A stretch of 64,000 nt of DNA from an uncultured Gemmatimonadaceae bacterium (GTDB lineage: Bacteria; Gemmatimonadota; Gemmatimonadetes; Gemmatimonadales; GWC2-71-9): positions 46,393 to 110,392 of the forward strand of contig CAZXRC010000003.1 in NCBI GenBank assembly GCA_964642475.1, written 5' to 3'. The notes beneath the pieces were generated by a model. That model was not told the origin of the DNA. It was given only the letters and a program-made list of their open reading frames with translations, and made no database searches. The position numbers and the translations under genes are program-made. Below are positions 58,310 through 64,000 of this stretch, one piece after another (the first letter of the stretch is position 1; each line of letters begins with the position of its first letter).

Positions 58310-59632
58310 CTAGCGGCCCGGTCCCTTGTACACTACCCCACCCTTCATCACGAACGTCACCCGCTGCAGCTCGGTGATGTCCGCCAGCGGATCGCCGCCG
58401 GTGGCAATGAGGTCGGCAAAGTGGCCCGGGCGCACCGCCCCCAGATTGGCCTGTTGCTCCAGCAGCCGGGCCGCGGTGGTGGTGGCGCTCTGGATCGCCT
58501 GCATCGGGGTCATGCCGTACTTGACCATGTAGTCCAGCTCCTGGGCCTGGTTCTCGGTCCAGGCGTAGCCACCGGCATCGGTGCCGTAGGAGATCCAGGG
58601 CAAGAGCCCCCGCTTCACCGCCTCGCCGAAGGCGATCCGCTCGAGGTCGACCATCCTGGGCCAGATGCCGCCCCGTCCCTCGGCCACGTAGGCGCCGACG
58701 AAGATGGTGGGACACCAGTAGACCTTCTGCCGCACCATCCGCTCGATGAGATCCGGGGTCAGCCCGTCCCCATGCTCCACGCTGTTGAACCCGGCCCGGA
58801 GGGCGGCGTCGATGCCGTCCCAGCCGATGGCGTGCCCAGCGATCTTCCGTCCCAGGCGGTGGGTCTCTTCCACGAAGGCCCGGAGCTCCTCATCGGTGAA
58901 GTTGACCCAGCTCCGGAGCCGCCCATCGGGCGCGAGGTAGTAGCGACGGTCGACGTACACCTTGATCCAATCGGCGCCGTACTTCACCTGCTCGCGCACC
59001 GCCTTCCGGATGGCGTCCACTCCATCGACGATCTGGACCCCGTCCGGCACCGCGAGCTCCCAGGAGTACCCGGAGAGGGGATACATCCCGGTGGCGCTGA
59101 AGGCGCGGGTGGCCACGAACAGGCGGGGGCCGGGAATCACCCCCCGGTCGATGGCCTTCCGGACGTCCACGTCGGCGTACATCGCGCCCTCGGTCTCCAG
59201 GTCGCGCATGGTGGTGAATCCGTTCATCAGGGCGGTGCGCACCGCCATCGTCGCCCGGATGGTGCGGTAGGGAATCGATTCCTTGAGCAGCTGCTGGTCG
59301 TAGTCCTCGGCGGTGATATCGCCCTGCAGCAGGATGTGGGTATGGTTGTCGATGAGCCCGGGAAGGACGGTCATGCCGCCGAGATCGATGATCCTGGCGT
59401 CCCCGGCGGCGCCCCGCACCTCGGCCCACGGCCCCACCCGACTGATCCGGTCCGCCTCGATGAGAATGCCCTGGTCGGTGCGGGGCCGGTCCGACTCGCC
59501 GTCGATGAGGCGGCCGGCATGAATCAGGATGCGCGGTGCCGGCACGGCGGTCGGGGTCTGCGCCGTGGCGGTGCCGGGTGCCAGGGTCAGGGCCGCGACC
59601 ACCACGTGGCATACCAGGGGACGACGGGACAT
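58310..59632 (-). CDS. Metal-dependent amidohydrolase (secreted)
   Basis: Signal peptide. Amidohydrolase motifs: GLIDNHTH near the N-terminus, a later HA.G, and ...GTDAG. Confidence 0.88.
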   Translation of the reverse strand: MSRRPLVCHVVVAALTLAPGTATAQTPTAVPAPRILIHAGRLIDGESDRPRTDQGILIEADRISRVGPWAEVRGAAGDARIIDLGGMTVLPGLIDNHTHILLQGDITAEDYDQQLLKESIPYRTIRATMAVRTALMNGFTTMRDLETEGAMYADVDVRKAIDRGVIPGPRLFVATRAFSATGMYPLSGYSWELAVPDGVQIVDGVDAIRKAVREQVKYGADWIKVYVDRRYYLAPDGRLRSWVNFTDEELRAFVEETHRLGRKIAGHAIGWDGIDAALRAGFNSVEHGDGLTPDLIERMVRQKVYWCPTIFVGAYVAEGRGGIWPRMVDLERIAFGEAVKRGLLPWISYGTDAGGYAWTENQAQELDYMVKYGMTPMQAIQSATTTAARLLEQQANLGAVRPGHFADLIATGGDPLADITELQRVTFVMKGGVVYKGPGR

Positions 59633-59661
59633 GTTGCGGGGGCCTTTGCGAAGGAGGGTCG

Positions 59662-60507
59662 ATGAGCCGGGTCATCAGTTCCGGGCCGGAGAGTAATGTC
59701 GCGGGTCGGCGCGAAAGGCAAGGCTGGCTCGCCGGTGCGCGGTGGCTCCTGGCGGGATGCCTCCTGGCGGGTTCAGTCGACGAGCCGCCCGCCTACCGGC
59801 CGCTGATGCTCGACTGTGCCCGCTACCGGGTGGTGGTGAACACCCGGGTGACCATCCAGTCGGGACGCGACCGCACCCGGGAGCGGATCGGCCGGGACGG
59901 TGTCCTGGTTCTCCGGGCCAGCGCCGCGGACAGCCTCATCCGCCTCGAAGCGTGGTTCGATACGCTCTCGCTCTGGCGGGAGAGCTCGGGCGATCGCCTG
60001 GTGCCCGATACCGACGGGCTCATCGGTGGCCGCTATCGCGGAACCCTGAACCGGGTCGGCGGATTCACCGCGACGGATGCCCCGTTCATTCCCGACGAGG
60101 TGGCCGAGGTGGCGGACCTGCGAGGCGCCCTGGGGGACCTGCTCCCGCCGCTGGCGCCGGTGGCCCTGAAACTGGGCGCCGCGTGGCGGGACGACTTCGG
60201 GACGGTGATCAGCCGGGCCGAGGACGGACGGGTCGACGGCCGGCGGGTGCAACGTTACCGGCTGATCCGGAAGCTGACCCGGGAAGAGTCCCGGGTCCTG
60301 CCCGACTCAAGCAGGGTGAGTGCCACGCGGACCGAGAGCGAGTCGGGGATTTACAGCTGGACTGATGACCTGGGGGTGGTCCGCTGGGAGCGGGACCTGT
60401 CGGACCAGGTCCAGGTGCCGGCGGGGGGGCTGGTGAGCCAGCCATTCACGACCGGGATCGCACAGAAGGTGACGGTCACCCGCGTGGGTGGGAGCTGCGG
60501 ATCATAG
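59662..60507 (+). CDS. Hypothetical protein, probable lipoprotein
   Basis: ATG 59662 is preceded by AAGGAGGG. LLAGC is a lipobox candidate. The 3' end overlaps the convergent pqqD/E stop by 6 nt. Confidence 0.6.
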   Translation: MSRVISSGPESNVAGRRERQGWLAGARWLLAGCLLAGSVDEPPAYRPLMLDCARYRVVVNTRVTIQSGRDRTRERIGRDGVLVLRASAADSLIRLEAWFDTLSLWRESSGDRLVPDTDGLIGGRYRGTLNRVGGFTATDAPFIPDEVAEVADLRGALGDLLPPLAPVALKLGAAWRDDFGTVISRAEDGRVDGRRVQRYRLIRKLTREESRVLPDSSRVSATRTESESGIYSWTDDLGVVRWERDLSDQVQVPAGGLVSQPFTTGIAQKVTVTRVGGSCGS

Positions 60508-61953
60508 GGGAGAACCCTCGGCCGGCACCGCGCGGTAGACGTAGTCCGGCAGGGTGTCCGGCTCGCGCTGGGCCGCGAGGATGAGATCGTGCCGGGGGGA
60601 GAGGCTGCACACCGGGTCGGTGTTGGCGGCGTCGCCGGTGAGCGCAAAGGCCTGGCAGCGACAACCGCCGAAATCCTGCGCCTTCCGAGGGCAGCTGCGG
60701 CAGGGCTCCTTCATCCAACTCTCGCCCCGGAAGGCATTGAAGATGGGCGACGCCTCCCAGATCCAGCCGAGGGGATGCTGGTTCACGTGGACCATCTCGA
60801 GCCCCGGGATCTGGGTGGCGCCGTGGCAGGGCAGGGCCCGCCCGTCGGGCGTCACCAGCACATAGACACTGCCCCATCCGCCGTAGCAGGGCTTGGGGTA
60901 CTGCTCGTAATAGTCCGGCAGTACGTAGATCACCTGCATCTGTCCCTTGTACTTGCGGATCGCCGCCTCGGCCACAGGGCGGGATCGTTCGACCTGCTCC
61001 CGGGTCGGCATGAGGGCATCGCGGTTCTTGAGGGCCCAGCCGTAGTACTGAGTGTTGGCCAGCTCCACCCGGTCGGCGCCGAGACTCGCCGCCAGGTCGA
61101 TGATCTGGCCGAGGTGATCGAGGTTGGCCCGGTGCAGCACCACATTCACCGAGAAGGCGAGGTCCAGCGCCTTCACCAGCGCCGCCGCCTCGTACTTCTG
61201 GCGACCCAGCTTGATCCCCGCGATCCGGTCGGCGATGGCCGGGTCGATGTCCTGAAACGAGATCTGCACGTGATCGATCCCGGCAGACTTGAGTCGCTCG
61301 GCCCGGGCGCGGGTGAGCCCCAGGGCGGAGGTGACCAGCGTGGTGTAGAGCCCGATCTCGCGGGCGTGGGCGATCAGCTCCTCCAGGTCCTTCCGCACCA
61401 GCGGCTCGCCACCGGAGAGGCCGAGCTGCATCACGCCCAGGTCGCGCGCTTCGGAAAAGACCCGCTTCCAGTCGGCGGTCGACAGTTCCGCCTCGGCCCG
61501 GGTCATCTCGAGCGGGTTGGAGCAGTAGGGGCAATGCAGCGGGCAGCGGTAGGTGAGCTCGGCCAGCAGGGTCGTGGGGGTCCGGTGCGGCACCGGGGTC
61601 CGCGAGGCCGTCGCGACCGGCGCCGGGGCCACCGTCGGCCCGATGCCGCTGGTCACCCGGACCTCGCCGGTCACCGCGCCGGGGGTGGCCCCGGGCCAGG
61701 TCACCATATCGCGGCGTACCATCAGCGCCAGGTACTCGGCCACATCGGCGCGCACGTCGATGCGGTAGCGGCGGCTCAGCTCGGCGCTGATCTGCTCCAG
61801 GGAGCGGGTCCCGTCGCACAGTTCCAGGATGGCTTTGCCGCTGTCATTGAGGAACATGGCGCCCTCGGGATAGAGCAGCACCGGGCGCTGTCGCACCCGG
61901 TCGAACCCGATGCGGGCGAGGCGCCACAGACGGGGGTTGGTCGCGGCGCTCAT
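60502..61953 (-). CDS. pqqE: PqqD-PqqE fusion (peptide chaperone + radical SAM/SPASM enzyme)
   Basis: The N-terminal ~90 aa are PqqD-like (VLLYPEGAMFLNDSGKAILELCDG). A linker follows, then the radical SAM motif CPLHCPYCSNP and a C-terminal SPASM Cys cluster. ATGA overlap with the pqqC stop. Confidence 0.9.
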   Translation of the reverse strand: MSAATNPRLWRLARIGFDRVRQRPVLLYPEGAMFLNDSGKAILELCDGTRSLEQISAELSRRYRIDVRADVAEYLALMVRRDMVTWPGATPGAVTGEVRVTSGIGPTVAPAPVATASRTPVPHRTPTTLLAELTYRCPLHCPYCSNPLEMTRAEAELSTADWKRVFSEARDLGVMQLGLSGGEPLVRKDLEELIAHAREIGLYTTLVTSALGLTRARAERLKSAGIDHVQISFQDIDPAIADRIAGIKLGRQKYEAAALVKALDLAFSVNVVLHRANLDHLGQIIDLAASLGADRVELANTQYYGWALKNRDALMPTREQVERSRPVAEAAIRKYKGQMQVIYVLPDYYEQYPKPCYGGWGSVYVLVTPDGRALPCHGATQIPGLEMVHVNQHPLGWIWEASPIFNAFRGESWMKEPCRSCPRKAQDFGGCRCQAFALTGDAANTDPVCSLSPRHDLILAAQREPDTLPDYVYRAVPAEGSPL

Positions 61954-62714
61954 TCCCGGTAGGCGTTGTGGATCGTGTCGATCATGGACCAGAGCATCTC
62001 CAGCTTGAACGCCAGCGCCTCGAATGCCTGCCGTTGGGTCTCCACGGTGGTGCAGTGGTTGCGCACGATGGCCAGGCCGTGGCGCACATCGCGGGGGGCC
62101 TGCACCAGCCGGCTCTTGAAGTAGTCCAGCCCTTCGGGCGGAATCCACGGGTAGTGGCGCGGGAAGGATTCGATCCGCTGGGCGTGGATCCCGGGGGCGA
62201 ACAACTCGGTGAGCGAGGAGGCGCAGGCCTGCACCCACGGCCGGGACTTGCAGAACCAGACGTACGACTCGCAGATGAGACGCACCGCCGGGAGCACGTG
62301 GCGCTCGTCTTCCATCTCCTCCCGCGGTACTCCCAGCGCGATGCCGAGGCGGGTCCACAACTCGATCCCACCTTCGCCCTCGCGAGTACCGTCGTGGTCC
62401 ACGATGCGCTGGATCCACTCGCGACGCACCGCCGGATCGGGGCAGTTGGAGAGGATGGCGCCATCCTTCCGCGGAACCACCCGTTGATAGGCCAGCCGGT
62501 TGGCCACCCATCCCTGGAACTGCCGGCGGGTGAGCTTGCCCTCGTACATGAGCTTGTGAAACGGGTGTTCGACGTAGTAGAGACCGTGGAAGGAGCGGAG
62601 AGCGGTCTCCAGCTCCTCGGGGCTGAGGGGGTGCTCCAGCGTCGGCAACTCGATCCGGTAGTTCCGAGTTCCGAGTTCCGAGTTCCCCGTTTCGACTGTT
62701 GCGCTCATCTCCAC
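61950..62714 (-). CDS. pqqC: Pyrroloquinoline-quinone synthase PqqC
   Basis: YYVEHPFHKLMYEGKLTRRQFQGWVANRLAYQ and the rest of the PqqC fold. The 5' end is uncertain because the first ~20 codons contain the GTTCCGA tandem repeat. A TTG or CTG start near 62650 is possible. Confidence 0.9.
   Translation of the reverse strand: MEMSATVETGNSELGTRNYRIELPTLEHPLSPEELETALRSFHGLYYVEHPFHKLMYEGKLTRRQFQGWVANRLAYQRVVPRKDGAILSNCPDPAVRREWIQRIVDHDGTREGEGGIELWTRLGIALGVPREEMEDERHVLPAVRLICESYVWFCKSRPWVQACASSLTELFAPGIHAQRIESFPRHYPWIPPEGLDYFKSRLVQAPRDVRHGLAIVRNHCTTVETQRQAFEALAFKLEMLWSMIDTIHNAYRE
62661..62686. repeat. Tandem heptamer (GTTCCGA)x3 plus a partial unit at the pqqB-pqqC junction
   Basis: gttccga gttccga gttccga gttcc at 62661-62686. 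This is the same unit as in the 25450 element. No inverted partner was found nearby. Confidence 0.8.
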
Positions 62715-62744
62715 CTCACCAGGTCGTCCCGACAGCCCTCGGCT

Positions 62745-63647
62745 CTACAGCGTAAACCGCATCCCATCGTCCCCCACCACCAGTCCGGCCGACTCCACCG
62801 CCCGCCGCTCGGGGGAATCCTCCAGCAGAATCGGGTTGGAGTTGTTGATGTGGGTGTACACCCGCTGGCGGCAAGGAAGCTGCCGCAGCGCGGCGAGACT
62901 GCCATCGTCGCCTGAAATCGGCAGGTGATCCATCTGGCGGGCGGTCCGCTCGCTGACGCCAAGGTCGAGCAGCTCCCGGTCACTCCAGAAGGTCCCGTCG
63001 AAGAGCAGGAGATCGGCCCGGGCCAGGCGCGCGAGCAGGCCGGCACTCAGAGCGCCGCATCCCGGCACGAACGCGGCGGCGCCGCCCGGGCCTTCGATCA
63101 TGAGCCCGACGGTGTGGCCCGGTACTTCGCGCCGCGCGAAGCGGGGCGGATCGCCCTGGACGGCGAACGGGGTGACCCGGAGGCCGGCATCGGTGCCGTC
63201 ACGGTACCGGAGCGCCACGGTCCGGTCCAGGGGAAGCTCCGTTACGCTCACCTTCGCGAAGGCCCGGGTGACCGGCAGCAGCCGGGAATCGTCCTGCAGC
63301 ACCTCCAGCACCGCCTGGCTGGCGTAGAGCTGAAGTTCGCGCGCTTCCCGGAGCAAGGCGATCCCCAGGGTGTGATCCAGCTCGGCATCGGTGGCAACGA
63401 TCCCTTCGACCGGGACGTGGCGCACCCCCGCCGGAGCGACCCCGTCGAGCAGCATGAGCTGGCGATGGACATCGGGCGAGGCGTTGAGCAGGAACCAGCG
63501 GCGCCCATCGCTGGAAACGGCCACCGACGACTGAGTGCGGGAGTGCGCGCGGAGGGGATCGGCCCGGGCCACCCGACAGGTGGGGCACCAGCAATTCCAT
63601 TGCGGGAATCCACCGCCGGCCGCGGTGCCGAGCAGGATCAGGTCCAT
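62745..63647 (-). CDS. pqqB: PQQ biosynthesis protein PqqB (metallo-beta-lactamase fold)
   Basis: Hallmark N-terminus LLGTAAGGGFPQWNCWCPTC. Length is 300 aa. Confidence 0.92.
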   Translation of the reverse strand: MDLILLGTAAGGGFPQWNCWCPTCRVARADPLRAHSRTQSSVAVSSDGRRWFLLNASPDVHRQLMLLDGVAPAGVRHVPVEGIVATDAELDHTLGIALLREARELQLYASQAVLEVLQDDSRLLPVTRAFAKVSVTELPLDRTVALRYRDGTDAGLRVTPFAVQGDPPRFARREVPGHTVGLMIEGPGGAAAFVPGCGALSAGLLARLARADLLLFDGTFWSDRELLDLGVSERTARQMDHLPISGDDGSLAALRQLPCRQRVYTHINNSNPILLEDSPERRAVESAGLVVGDDGMRFTL

Positions 63648-63657
63648 ACAAAGCGAA

Positions 63658-63682
63658 ACGGGGCCCGCAACGCGAGCCCCGT
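63658..63682 (-). terminator. pqqA-pqqB intergenic stem-loop (attenuator/terminator-like)
   Basis: The minus strand reads ACGGGGC-(11 nt)-GCCCCGT followed by TTCGCTTTGT, between the pqqA stop and the pqqB ATG. Confidence 0.45.
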
Positions 63683-63697
63683 CCGGTCCGCTACGAA

Positions 63698-63772
63698 CTA
63701 CAGGGTCGCGACGTAGGCGGTGACTTCCATCGTGACCGCGACGACTTCAGCCTCGGGCTTGGTCCAGGACAT
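63698..63772 (-). CDS. pqqA: PQQ precursor peptide PqqA (24 aa)
   Basis: Hand translation gives MSWTKPEAEVVAVTMEVTAYVATL*. It contains the invariant E-x-x-x-Y cross-link motif (EVTAY). AAGGA lies 7 nt upstream of the ATG. It sits directly upstream of pqqB and is too short for the ORF track. Confidence 0.85.
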   Translation of the reverse strand: MSWTKPEAEVVAVTMEVTAYVATL

Positions 63773-63854
63773 GGGGTATCCTTGCGCGAAAGTAGGCAAC
63801 AGGGGTTTGGGCGTCTACACCCAGTCGGGGAAGGGAATTCCCGACGACGCCCCC

Positions 63855-63870
63855 TACAATGCACGTGCCA
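63855..63870 (-). promoter_or_regulatory. Sigma-54-like promoter candidate (TGGCAC-N5-TTGTA) upstream of pqqA
   Basis: The minus strand reads TGGCACGTGCATTGTA, about 83 nt upstream of the pqqA ATG. The -24 element is perfect, but the -12 element is GT rather than GC. Confidence 0.25.
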
Positions 63871-64000
63871 TGCCGACCTGGGCGATCACCTATCGATCGC
63901 CCCCAAGTGATTGGTCTGCAAGCCCATACCCTGCGAGCCCCGACCGGCTCCCCGCCCGCGACCAGCTGGGGCAGAGTCCCCACCTGGGGGAAATCACCCA

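Noticed and set aside
63747-63983. A 78-aa minus-strand ORF at the window end.
   Set aside because: It overlaps the start of pqqA and the pqqA promoter region, has an atypical composition and shows no motifs. The region is better explained as the pqqA leader and promoter.

Overview
This is a very GC-rich, gene-dense bacterial chromosomal segment. I call about 58 protein genes, and I see no rRNA, tRNA, CRISPR array, transposase, phage or recognisable defence genes. All functional calls come from reading the supplied translations for motifs by eye; no database search was run.

Gene content, in order along the window:
- A co-directional minus-strand block (1-9211): a VIT/VWA protein plus a lipoprotein, then M28-PDZ peptidase, GAF, alpha/beta hydrolase, an unknown protein, PolX and Nth.
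- A HEAT-repeat protein, an M42 peptidase and an aminotransferase.
- A putative metal-uptake island (13.3-20.5 kb): a His/Cys-rich small protein, a TonB-dependent receptor, a His-rich lipoprotein, an ECF sigma/anti-sigma pair, an OmpR-type two-component system and a small membrane protein.
- PBP4 and an acyl-CoA dehydrogenase.
- A methionine block: a YitJ-like homocysteine methyltransferase/MTHFR fusion next to full-length MetH.
- YggT/DUF167, a soluble acyl-ACP desaturase, a GNAT and a YfcC-type transporter.
- An eight-gene, translationally coupled chemosensory operon: CheY-CheY-CheA-CheW-MCP-HEAT-CheR-CheB. This is the Che7/ACF-like type with a HEAT-repeat protein embedded, and no motility genes are nearby.
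- MgtE, CutA, PAP2, a saccharopine-dehydrogenase-family enzyme, modABC and P5C dehydrogenase.
- YceI, a PAS histidine kinase with a NarL-type regulator, and an amidohydrolase.
- A complete pqqA-B-C-(D/E fusion) operon. Its 24-codon pqqA is absent from the ORF track and was found by hand translation.

The most unusual non-coding signal is a set of intergenic elements built from tandem heptanucleotide repeats (GTTCCGN, GGCCGTT, GCCGTAA, GCGGGGA). They are often arranged as inverted arrays that predict roughly 100-145 nt stem-loops. Two of these end 3-5 nt upstream of the start codons of metH and the yitJ-like gene.

Four sigma-54-type -24/-12 matches lie in intergenic DNA, each oriented toward a downstream gene.

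Many long ORFs in the track are antisense high-GC artefacts and were rejected.
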